Part shown: one piece after another, positions 8,212 to 16,094 of the stretch
Layout: each line of letters starts with the position of its first letter
Numbering within the stretch: the first letter of the stretch is position 1
Assembly: GCA_963731455.1 (NCBI GenBank)
Contig: CAVSVI010000005.1
Location: 498,713-530,712, forward strand
Direction: 5' to 3'
Origin: an uncultured Actinomycetota bacterium
GTDB taxonomy: Bacteria > Actinomycetota > Actinomycetes > Mycobacteriales > Pseudonocardiaceae
DNA: 32,000 bases
Notes under the pieces: model-generated
The model's input: the letters and a program-made list of their open reading frames with translations, nothing else
What the model was told of the DNA's origin: nothing
Database searches by the model: none
Position numbers and translations under genes: made by a program

Positions 8212-8959
8212 ATGAGCGGCGAGGACGGGCCTCAGGCGGTCGACCCGCAGGACGCCCTCGACGCAGTGGAGGCGCTGGTGCCCGGCGCGGTAGCGCTGGC
8301 CCGCGGCAACAGGATCTCGGCTTGAACGTGTCTGCCGTTTCCTCGTCGCGGAAGCCCGCGTCACCCAGTTCCTCGACCTCGGGGCGGGCCTCCCCATCGC
8401 GGGCAACACCCACCAGGTGGTGCGCCGGCTCTCCCAGACCGCCCAGGTGATCTACGTCGACAACGACCCTGCGACGGTCTCCCACGGCCAGAGTCTGGTC
8501 GCCGACGACGCCCGCGTCTGGTTCGTCGAGGGCGACCTGAGCGACCCCGACACCGTGCTCGCGGACCCAGTCATCCGCCGGCACCTCGACTTCACCCAGC
8601 CGATGGCGTTGCTGCAGAGCGCCACCCTGCACCACCTCCCCGACGAACTGGTCGACGGCGTCATGGCCCGCTACATCGCGGCGCTCGCACCCGGCTCATA
8701 CGTAGCGCTGAGCCACCTCTGTGATCCCGGCGGCGAGGCCGGGGAGCAAGTCCGCCGCGCGCGCGGAAGTCTGCTCGGTGAGCACTTCCGTCCCCGGGCC
8801 GCGATCGAGGCGCTGCTGGCGGGCCTGGAGCTCCTGCCCTCGAGTCAGACCAGCGTCGAGGGGCTCGTACCGGTTGGGCAGTGGTGGCCCGACGGGCCCT
8901 TCGTCCAGCTCTCGGAGCTGGAGCACTGCCTGCTCGGCGCGGTCGGCCGTAAGAACTGA
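8212..8959 (+). pseudogene. Decayed tandem paralog of the DUF574 methyltransferase (N-terminal motif lost, +1 frameshift near 8285-8335)
   Basis: Frame 2 reads ...RLERVCRFLVAEARVTQFLDLGAGLP...VIYVDNDP...WWPDGP...LLGAVGRKN, colinear with 7234..8058. That frame is closed by TAG near 8283 and has no start before GTG 8417. Frame 1 (MSGEDGPQAVDP...) lacks the ARVYDxxLGGKDN block and stops at 8325. Confidence 0.55.
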
Positions 8960-9358
8960 CCACCGCTCGGCAACACACCGGCGGTTGCACCGAAGGTCTC
9001 CATCCACGACCACGAGTCGTACCGGAAAGCCCGTGCGGCCGAGGGGCCAGTGCCCGATACAAAGCGGCGCCGGCCACCGCGTCGCTGGGCAGCCGCCCAA
9101 CGATCAAGCACCCACCCGGTCCCCGCGGCCGAACCGCCAGCGGCGGGACGAAAGGATCGGCCATCGACCCCGGGAACGCACCCTCGGTCGGCGATGCGGT
9201 CGGCAAATTATGCGCGGCGTCCGGAGAGGCCCGCTGGCCGGCGGCGTCGACGGCAGGAGATGATCGCACCTCCCGATGCGTCGGTGCAGCCGATGGAGTT
9301 ACGCCGGTCTTCCTCTCGTAGTGATTCACTATGGCATTCGCGCGAGGGGGTGACTGTC

Positions 9359-10198
9359 ATGGTGGTCGGGGCGTCCCGACGGCTCGCCCTACCCAGTCGC
9401 CTGGGCGTGGTGACGGCCGCTGCCGTCCTCATGCTGTTCGCGGGCTGTGCGGGAGCCGAGGGGTCCGCGCCGTCCGGGGACGGGCTCACGTCGTCGCCGG
9501 TCGCCTCGACCGGGGCCCCGGCTGGTTCGGGGGCGCCGCAGTACCCCTGGCACACCAGCATCGCGGCGACCTCGTTCTGGGTCGGACAAGTGATCTCCGG
9601 AGCCCCGGACGGCAGCCAGGTCCTCTCGACCTACGACCCGCACTGGGAGTCGAACTACGGCGGCTGCGACGGGGTGGTCACCGGCGGACGGTGTCGAGCC
9701 GAACCGCGCACCCCGGCCAACGGGTTCTTCCCCACCGCGATGACCCCGCGCCAGAACCCGTTCTACCTGGATCTGCCCTTCGACGACGTCCACAACGCCA
9801 CCGCTCGCGCCGAACGAGCCAGGGTGATCCCCTGGGCCCACGACCCTCGCTATGCCGACCAGCTCGCGCACGGCAGCCTGATGAAGAATCACTGGGTCGA
9901 GCTCAGCACTGCCGGTCACACCTGCTACGGGCAGATCGAGGACGCCGGACCGACGATCTACGACGACGCACGGTACGTGTTCGGCACCCATGACGAGCGC
10001 CCGGCCAACAAGAAGATCAACAACGCGGGCCTGGACGTCTCCCCGGCGCTCAACGGCTGCTTGGCGTTCGCCCACGGCTACAACAGCGACCAGGACCGGG
10101 TGAACTGGCGGTTCGTCGACGACACCGCCGTCCCGGCCGGCCCCTGGACCAGGATCGTCACCACCAACCCGGCCATCCGATCGGCGGCCACGGGCTAG
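9359..10198 (+). CDS. Secreted lipoprotein, function unknown; the C-terminal region may have a double-psi beta-barrel (RlpA/expansin-like) fold
   Basis: MVVGASRRLALPSRLGVVTAAAVLMLFAGCAG is a signal peptide with lipobox. ATG at 9359 follows GAGGGGG. The C-terminal CYGQIEDAGP...AGLDVSPALNGCLAF loosely resembles DPBB proteins, and that part is a weak inference. Confidence 0.6.
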   Translation: MVVGASRRLALPSRLGVVTAAAVLMLFAGCAGAEGSAPSGDGLTSSPVASTGAPAGSGAPQYPWHTSIAATSFWVGQVISGAPDGSQVLSTYDPHWESNYGGCDGVVTGGRCRAEPRTPANGFFPTAMTPRQNPFYLDLPFDDVHNATARAERARVIPWAHDPRYADQLAHGSLMKNHWVELSTAGHTCYGQIEDAGPTIYDDARYVFGTHDERPANKKINNAGLDVSPALNGCLAFAHGYNSDQDRVNWRFVDDTAVPAGPWTRIVTTNPAIRSAATG

Positions 10199-10327
10199 GT
10201 CCGGAGCGAGCAGGCTCGCGGACGGGCGCCTCAATCACTTCGAGTAATCGGGTATAACCCACTTTCACCACATGAGTCACTCTAGTATCACTTGACCCGT
10301 GGTCCTTGATCGTTGTTACTGTCTGCA

Positions 10328-10383
10328 GCTCGATCACCCGTGACGTGAGAGGGCGGCAGGCCGTGGGCGAACTCAGGGGTGAC
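10328..10383 (+). repeat. Left copy of a 56-bp inverted-repeat pair (partner at 16339-16394)
   Basis: GCTCGATCACCCGTGACGTGAGAGGGCGGCAGGCCGTGGGCGAACTCAGGGGTGAC matches the reverse complement of 16339-16394 at 52 of 56 positions. It ends 17 nt before GTG 10401. Confidence 0.9.
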
Positions 10384-10400
10384 GCGGTGGAGCGGGGCCG

Positions 10401-11630
10401 GTGACCACGACCGAGCCGCGCCATCGCCCGCGGTCCACGGCGGGCGGCGTGGAGCGCGCCGGACGCTGGGGCGGCCCGGACGCGGTGACGCTCGCCCCGC
10501 GGTGGGGCCGACCCGTCGACCCACCGACCCGTCCCGATGGGCCGGCCCACCTAGCGCGGCCACCGGCCTCGAGGGCGGCCGCCGCGGCTCCGGTGCGGCC
10601 GTCGAGGCCGTCGCCGACCTCGACGCGACCGCGTCCACGGCCGGCGCCCACCATCCCGCTGGGCGGACCGCCCGATTCGCGGGTGGTCCGGGCGCTCCCC
10701 GTGGCCCGACCGCGACGGGCCCGTCCGGTCCGCCATGTCCTGCTGGTGGCCTGGCTCGGGTCGCTGCTCGTCGTCCTGGCGGCCGCCACGGCTGCGCCGC
10801 CGCCCCGACCGTCCGCCGCTCCGGCCACGTCGTCCGTCCGGTCACCGGGTCTGTCGGACACGGCCACGACGCCGTCCCCGTCGGCCGCGATCGACGAGCT
10901 GGTGGATCCCGCGTCGACCGGCCACGTCTCGATCGCGGCACTCGACCTGGCCACCGGCCGGTCGTTCGCCTACGAGTCCGGCGCACCGGTCCACACCGCC
11001 AGCGTCGTCAAGCTCGACGTGCTCGAGACCCTGCTGCTCCAGACCCAGGACGGCGGCCGCAGGCTCACACCGGAAACGGCACGATCGGCCACCCAGATGA
11101 TGGAGAACAGCGACAACGAGGCCACGACCCGGCTGTGGGGCGTGGTCGGTGGAGCCCAGGGGGTCGCCGCAGCGAACGTCCGTCTCGGCGCCCACTGCAC
11201 CCACCTCGACGACCAGCACTGGGGGACGAGCACCACGTGTGCCGCCGACCAGGTCGCGCTGCTCGGCGCGCTCGTGCGGCCCGGCCCCCTCGCACCCGCC
11301 GCCCGCTCCTACGCCGCCAACCTCCTGACGCATGTCGAGGACGACCAGCGGTGGGGGATCTCGGCCGCGGCCGACCCCGGCGCCGCAATCGGCATCAAGA
11401 ACGGCTGGCTGCCCCTCGACGACGACGACGGGCGCTGGATCGTCAACAGCGTCGGGGTGACCATGGTCGCCCACGAGCCGGTGCTGCTCGCCGTGCTCAC
11501 CGAGCATCAACCGAGCGAGGAAGCCGGTATCGAGCTGGTCGAAGCCCTCGCCCGCCCGGCGGCACGTGCCGTCGTCACCGGCGCCGACCCGCCGGTCACG
11601 TGGTCGCGGGAAAGGAGCATGTGCTGCTGA
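10401..11630 (+). CDS. Membrane-anchored serine hydrolase with a class-A beta-lactamase fold (Pro/Arg-rich N-terminal tail, one TM helix); start uncertain
   Basis: SxxK as TASVVK, SDN as ENSDNEAT, KxG as IKNGW. TM segment VLLVAWLGSLLVVLAAA. GTG 10401 follows GGAG with an 8-nt spacer, but downstream GTG starts such as VVRALPVA are also possible. Confidence 0.65.
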   Translation: MTTTEPRHRPRSTAGGVERAGRWGGPDAVTLAPRWGRPVDPPTRPDGPAHLARPPASRAAAAAPVRPSRPSPTSTRPRPRPAPTIPLGGPPDSRVVRALPVARPRRARPVRHVLLVAWLGSLLVVLAAATAAPPPRPSAAPATSSVRSPGLSDTATTPSPSAAIDELVDPASTGHVSIAALDLATGRSFAYESGAPVHTASVVKLDVLETLLLQTQDGGRRLTPETARSATQMMENSDNEATTRLWGVVGGAQGVAAANVRLGAHCTHLDDQHWGTSTTCAADQVALLGALVRPGPLAPAARSYAANLLTHVEDDQRWGISAAADPGAAIGIKNGWLPLDDDDGRWIVNSVGVTMVAHEPVLLAVLTEHQPSEEAGIELVEALARPAARAVVTGADPPVTWSRERSMCC

Positions 11631-11695
11631 TGCGCTTACGTCGGGCTTCCTTTCGGCGTGGTCCACTACGGCCTTCCGGGGCAGGGGTGGAGGTC

Positions 11696-13162
11696 ATGGT
11701 GGGTGTGGTGCTGCGGCGGGTCGCCCGCCGCGGGCGCGCCGGCTGGGTGGCGGTCGCGGCGGTGCTGGCGTTGTGTGTGGGCTGCGCGGGCTCCGGGGGA
11801 GCCGCGCCCTCCGGCGGTGGGCTGACGTTGCCACCGGTCGCCTCGACGGGTGCGCCGACATCGCCGGCCCCGGGCGGGGGTGGGCTGCGGCCCGGTGGTG
11901 ACTGGTTGACCTATCATGGGGATCCCACCCGTGCCGGGTACGACCGGGACGGACCTGACCCGGCCAGCCCCGCGGTGGCCTGGCAGGCGCCGTTGGACGG
12001 CAAGGTGTACGCCAGCCCCCTGGTCGTGGGCGGTCAGGTGATCGCGGCCACCGAGAACGGGTCGCTCTACGGGCTGGACGCGGCCTCCGGCGCGGTGCGC
12101 TGGCGCACCCATCTCGCCGACCCGGTGTCGGGCAGCGCCCTGCCGTGCGGCGACATCGACCCGGTGGGGATCACCAGCACCCCGGTCGCGGATCCGGCGA
12201 GCGGACTGGTCTACGCCGTCACCACCCAGAGCGCTGCCGGGGGTGGGGTCGAGCACGTGCTGTGGAGCGTGGATGCCGCCACCGGGCAGGTCCGGGCCCA
12301 GCGCCCGGTCGACGCACCCGGGGCCGACCCGGCCACCCACCTCCAGCGTGGAGCGCTGCTGCTGGCCAACCACACCGTCTACGTCGCCTACGGCGGGAAC
12401 TACGGTGACTGTGGCCAGTACCTCGGCCGGGTCGTCGGCGTACCGACCACCGGCAACGCACCGCCGGCCACGTTCGCGGTCCCCACCACCCGCGAGGGCG
12501 GCATCTGGGCTGCGGCCGGCGCCGCCGCGCTCCCGAGCGGAGACCTGCTGGTCACCACCGGAAACGGTGACGCCGAGAGCGGTCCGTGGGATCACAGCGA
12601 CTCGATCCTGCGGTTGAGCCCGCAGCTCGCGCTGCTCGACGGCTTCGCCCCGACCCAATGGGCCCAGGAGAACTCCGAGGACGCCGACCTCGGCTCGACC
12701 GGCCCGGTGATCCTCCCCGGGGGCAACGAGGTGATCGCGGCGGGCAAGGGCGGCGGGATCTACCTCGCCGAGATCGCCGCGCTCGGTGGGGTCGGTGGAC
12801 AGCGAGCCCAACTGGACAACTGCGAGGCCTACGGCGGCGGTGCCGCGGCACCCGTGAGCGGCGGCGGCGCGGTGGCCTACCTGCCCTGCAGCACCGGACT
12901 GCTCCAAGTTCGGGTGCCCGGCCCCGGCCAGCTGGTCCGCGGCTGGCAAGCGCCCAGCCAGATCACCGGCTCGCCGATCGTGGTCGGAACCACGGTCTGG
13001 TCGCTGCAACAAGACGGCGTCCTCGACGCCCTCGACGCGGGTAGCGGCGCATTGCGCGCCAGTCTCTCGGTTGGCGACGCAAACCGCTTCGCCACCCCTG
13101 CGGTCAGCGGCAACGCGCTCTACCTACCCACCAACCACGGCATCACCGCCGTGCAGATGTGA
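11696..13162 (+). CDS. PQQ-like (BamB-type) beta-propeller repeat lipoprotein
   Basis: MVGVVLRRVARRGRAGWVAVAAVLALCVGCAG is a signal peptide with lipobox. Repeated propeller blades such as VYASPLVVGGQVIAATENGSLYGLDAASGAVRWR follow. The first 439 codons of track ORF 10379..13162 are an out-of-frame read-through of the preceding gene. Confidence 0.8.
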   Translation: MVGVVLRRVARRGRAGWVAVAAVLALCVGCAGSGGAAPSGGGLTLPPVASTGAPTSPAPGGGGLRPGGDWLTYHGDPTRAGYDRDGPDPASPAVAWQAPLDGKVYASPLVVGGQVIAATENGSLYGLDAASGAVRWRTHLADPVSGSALPCGDIDPVGITSTPVADPASGLVYAVTTQSAAGGGVEHVLWSVDAATGQVRAQRPVDAPGADPATHLQRGALLLANHTVYVAYGGNYGDCGQYLGRVVGVPTTGNAPPATFAVPTTREGGIWAAAGAAALPSGDLLVTTGNGDAESGPWDHSDSILRLSPQLALLDGFAPTQWAQENSEDADLGSTGPVILPGGNEVIAAGKGGGIYLAEIAALGGVGGQRAQLDNCEAYGGGAAAPVSGGGAVAYLPCSTGLLQVRVPGPGQLVRGWQAPSQITGSPIVVGTTVWSLQQDGVLDALDAGSGALRASLSVGDANRFATPAVSGNALYLPTNHGITAVQM

Positions 13163-13171
13163 AGCGCTCCA

Positions 13172-13193
13172 CCCCGGCCTTTCGGGGCCGGGG
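13172..13193. terminator. GC-rich hairpin between convergent genes (bidirectional terminator candidate)
   Basis: CCCCGGCC (13172-13179) pairs with GGCCGGGG (13186-13193) around loop TTTCGG. It lies between the stop at 13162 (+) and the stop at 13226 (-). Confidence 0.55.
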
Positions 13194-13225
13194 CGTCACC
13201 GCGTGGACGGCTTCCGACCGTCGGC

Positions 13226-13930
13226 TCAGCTGTCGTTCTGTGGCTTCGGCAGGTAGGGGGTCAGCGCGTTGGCGAGGGCGCGCAGGTCCCGTGTCTGTAG
13301 CAGGAGGTCGGCAGGGCCGGTGAACTCGGCGACAAGGCCCTCGCCCGAGGTGAGCGATCGAAACAGGCTCCGCGTCGCCTTACGCATGGCGTAGTGGGAG
13401 TCGGCGGGCCACGCGACGAGGTGCCCGGTGTCGACGAGGTGCCGCTCGCCCGGTGCGAGGGTGCGATGGGCGAGGGCGCCGAAGGCGGACAGCAGCACGA
13501 CGCCGGTGCCTGAGGCGCGGAGGACGAAGGTGCTGTTGGAGGCGAAGAGCGACTTCGCTCCGCCCCACCCGGTCTCGATGTCGATGCCGTCGGATGAGGC
13601 GAGGTAGCCGTGCGCGGCAATGGCGTAGGGCCGCCCGGTGAGCTCGACGGGCACGATGTCGCCGGGCCCGGGCGGGGCGAGGACGAGATCCCCTGGACCC
13701 GAGAACCGCGAGACGAACCCGGAGCGCCCGCCGGCGGTGCGCTTGACCGCGCCCCAGAGCCCGCCCTCCATCGAGGAGTCGAGGGTGACGTCTCCGCCCA
13801 TCGAGACCATGGCCCCGGACTCGGCGCGCACCGCATGGCCGTCTGGCAGCGTGAGGGTGGCAAGGGCGGCCATCGGGCGGAAGTCGATGCGGTAGTCGAG
13901 TCCGTGGGCGCGGCCGTGGGCGGGAAGCAT
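13226..13930 (-). CDS. AIM24-family protein (DUF124)
   Basis: LDYRIDFRP...TLTLPDGHAVRAESGAMVSMGGDVTLDS...GGLWGAVKR...GFVSRFSGPGDLVLAPP...GEGLVAEFTGPADLLLQTRD fits the AIM24/TIGR00266 pattern as I know it. Confidence 0.75.
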   Translation of the reverse strand: MLPAHGRAHGLDYRIDFRPMAALATLTLPDGHAVRAESGAMVSMGGDVTLDSSMEGGLWGAVKRTAGGRSGFVSRFSGPGDLVLAPPGPGDIVPVELTGRPYAIAAHGYLASSDGIDIETGWGGAKSLFASNSTFVLRASGTGVVLLSAFGALAHRTLAPGERHLVDTGHLVAWPADSHYAMRKATRSLFRSLTSGEGLVAEFTGPADLLLQTRDLRALANALTPYLPKPQNDS

Positions 13931-14100
13931 CGTGACTGCGGGATCCGTGTGCTCAGCCTCTCGCCCCAGGGCTCCTTCTCGTCAGTGGAAGATCATGCCA
14001 GCAGAATGGGTCCTCACGGGGTGCAGCGAGCACCAACCGGACGACCACCAGCCGCCCTCGTCGGAGTGGTGCCCCTCTCCGTGCCGGTTATTGGAGCAGG

Positions 14101-14463
14101 TCAGGCACTGGCCGCGTCGTGCCGCGCGCGTACCGCGTCCAGGCGGATAGCCAGTTCGGTCTCGTCGATGACGTTCCGGGTGACCAGCGAGTGCGCGAGG
14201 GCGACGAGCTGATTCTCCGGGTAGGGCAGTGAGGTGTACACCTCGCGGGAGATGCGGTCCTCGTCGTTGCGACGGGTGAGCAGGGGCAGCGCCGCGCCCT
14301 CCTCGTCGAGCGCGTCGCACATCGCATCTAGGCTGGATTTCCAGGGCGGCACCGGATTGGTGACGCGGTACTGCGCGGCCATCCGATCCCAGGTCTGTTC
14401 GCGCTCGACGATGTGCTCCAGCGTCCGCACGCGGACGGTCGCGATGTCGTGGTCGGTCGTCAT
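14101..14463 (-). CDS. Nitrile-hydratase-family accessory (activator or metallochaperone) protein, beta-subunit-related
   Basis: A small protein (120 aa) encoded 16 nt after the alpha-subunit gene. Its C-terminal LVALAHSLVTRNVIDETELAIRLDAV resembles the helical region of beta subunits and of NhhG/P14K-type activators. Position and size match known operons. Confidence 0.55.
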   Translation of the reverse strand: MTTDHDIATVRVRTLEHIVEREQTWDRMAAQYRVTNPVPPWKSSLDAMCDALDEEGAALPLLTRRNDEDRISREVYTSLPYPENQLVALAHSLVTRNVIDETELAIRLDAVRARHDAASA

Positions 14464-14479
14464 GTCGTGTTCCCGTGGA

Positions 14480-15208
14480 CTAGTCGCTCGTCACCGGACG
14501 GATCGCGGGATGCAGCGGGCGGGTCGCGTTCGAGGTGACCCCCGGCTTGGGCAGGGCGACGCCGATCAGGCAATCGCGGGTCACGATCTCCGCGAGCTGC
14601 TCCTCGCTCCACCCCTCCGTACCATCCGGCCGGACCGGAAGCACCATGAACCTGTGCTTCGAGTTGGAGTCTTCGACGCGGACCTCGACGTCCTCGGACA
14701 GATAGAGACCGAATTCCGCGAGGACCTGGCGCGGCCAGCGCACGATGCGGCGACGGTAGTTCGGCGTCCGGTACCACTCCGGTGACATGCCCAGTATCGG
14801 GCGGGGATAGCAGGAGCACAGGGTGCAGACGATCACGTGATGCACCGTCGGGGTGTCCTCGAGCACCTCGAACGCGGTGAAGTCACTGGGAGTGCCGAAT
14901 CCGGTCGGATGTAGCCAGTCGATGCCCAATTCCCGGGAGGCGGCGATGGCATCGTCCAGCGCCAACCGCCTGAATTCCGGATCGAGCCAAGCCCTGGCGA
15001 CGAACCGGGACCCGGCGGCCGGCTCGAGCTGCTCCACATGCTCGGTATAGCGCCGGTGATCCTCGGCGGTGAACAGGCCCTTCTCGATCGCGAGCTCCCG
15101 CAGAGCGATCTCCAGCACCTCGAAGTCGGTGATCTCCTCGACCATCGGTGCCGTGCCGGCATGCTCGTGCGTGTCGTGCCCCGTCCCGCCCGGATCCGTC
15201 TCCGCCAT
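14480..15208 (-). CDS. Cobalt-type nitrile hydratase alpha-family subunit, thiocyanate-hydrolase-gamma-like (242 aa)
   Basis: Metal-claw motif VCTLCSCYPRP with Cys at residues 128, 131 and 133 and Arg at 136. A His-rich N-terminus (GHDTHEH) is followed by PMVEEITDFEVLEIALRELAIEKGLF. The CTLCSC (Thr) signature indicates the Co type. Confidence 0.85.
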   Translation of the reverse strand: MAETDPGGTGHDTHEHAGTAPMVEEITDFEVLEIALRELAIEKGLFTAEDHRRYTEHVEQLEPAAGSRFVARAWLDPEFRRLALDDAIAASRELGIDWLHPTGFGTPSDFTAFEVLEDTPTVHHVIVCTLCSCYPRPILGMSPEWYRTPNYRRRIVRWPRQVLAEFGLYLSEDVEVRVEDSNSKHRFMVLPVRPDGTEGWSEEQLAEIVTRDCLIGVALPKPGVTSNATRPLHPAIRPVTSD

Positions 15209-15260
15209 CCCGTCTCCCTCCTCGTCCCCGCGGCTGGTGCCTGCGGCTGGTGCCCTTGCG

Positions 15261-16094
15261 CTAGCCCGCTGGTTGGAGCCACCGCTCCGAGATCTCGGCC
15301 TGGAGCGTGTCGTTCGGACAGCCCGTGTACGCCTCCCACAGGTCAGCCATCCGGAAGCGCACGATGTAGAACCACTCCGACTTCTGGTCTTCCCGGTCGA
15401 ACGCCTCGTCCTCCGGCGCCAGGCTCTCGTAGGAGACCTTGGCGACCCTTCCGCTCGCGCCCCTCAGGTATTCCTGGGTGCGTGTGTAGAAGATCGTCGG
15501 TAGCTCGCGCACGAGCACCACATCGCCGACCGCGAACTTGGGTGCGCCCGCCGTGCCGGCGAAGCATTGCGGATCGCCCTTGCCGACCGCATCCAGGTGA
15601 TGACGGTTTCGGGCGACCGCCTCGGTGTTCCCGGTGGTGCGGGGCGCGGCGTCGATGGGACCGCCGGTCCCGCCGGCGTAACGATCCCGGACCTCGCTCA
15701 CCCGCTCGATCAGCTCGCCGAGCGTGATGTGCCGCTTCTCGACCAGGCAACGGGCGATGGCCCACAGCCAGCGGCCGTAATAGGGCAGGCCGAGATAGTT
15801 GGTCCGTCCGAGATCGACGTTGCCGAGCCTTCTGCGTTCCTCCGACGTCCAGATGCCCCGCCAGCCCAGGACCTCACAGGTGACGAACGTGTTGAGCTCC
15901 CACTCCTCCTCCTCCTTGTCCTCGAACAAGGCGGGGGCGTCCGGCTCACCGCCGACGTCGTGCGGCGTCTTCATGTAGGCCTGGAACGCTCCGTGATCGA
16001 CCTGATCCGGGTACGTCCAGTCCTGGACGCGGTGAAGCGCCACGCGCAGCTGGCTCGAAAGATCGCCCAGGACCGAGTTACCCACGACCGCCAC
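15261..16094 (-). CDS. Nitrile hydratase beta-family subunit (277 aa from GTG 16094; alternative ATG start at 15974)
   Basis: PHDVGGE near the N-terminus, acidic patch DKEEEEWELNTF, PYYGRWLWA, and C-terminal FAVGDVVLVR...YLRGASGRVAKV...FYIVRFRMADLWE...WLQPAG. Third-position GC stays at about 80% through the 40 codons upstream of ATG 15974, which favours the long form. Confidence 0.8.
   Translation of the reverse strand: MAVVGNSVLGDLSSQLRVALHRVQDWTYPDQVDHGAFQAYMKTPHDVGGEPDAPALFEDKEEEEWELNTFVTCEVLGWRGIWTSEERRRLGNVDLGRTNYLGLPYYGRWLWAIARCLVEKRHITLGELIERVSEVRDRYAGGTGGPIDAAPRTTGNTEAVARNRHHLDAVGKGDPQCFAGTAGAPKFAVGDVVLVRELPTIFYTRTQEYLRGASGRVAKVSYESLAPEDEAFDREDQKSEWFYIVRFRMADLWEAYTGCPNDTLQAEISERWLQPAG

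Noticed and set aside
10346-10366. Apparent covariation inside the repeat. The two copies differ at opposing positions of a small hairpin (GGUC-GGCA-GACC in the right copy, GGGC-GGCA-GGCC in the left copy).
   Set aside because: The left copy would carry a G-G mismatch at that pair, so the change is not compensatory. The outer candidate stems also lose pairs between copies. There is no support for a conserved RNA structure from two sequences.
10328-10383. The idea that the 56-bp repeat encodes a conserved peptide (VTPEFAHGLP-P/T-SHVTGDRA read outward), because 3 of the 4 differences between the copies are synonymous third-position changes in that frame.
   Set aside because: With only four differences, the chance that three share a codon phase in some frame is about one in three. 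No start codon or matching flanking protein sequence exists in either copy.
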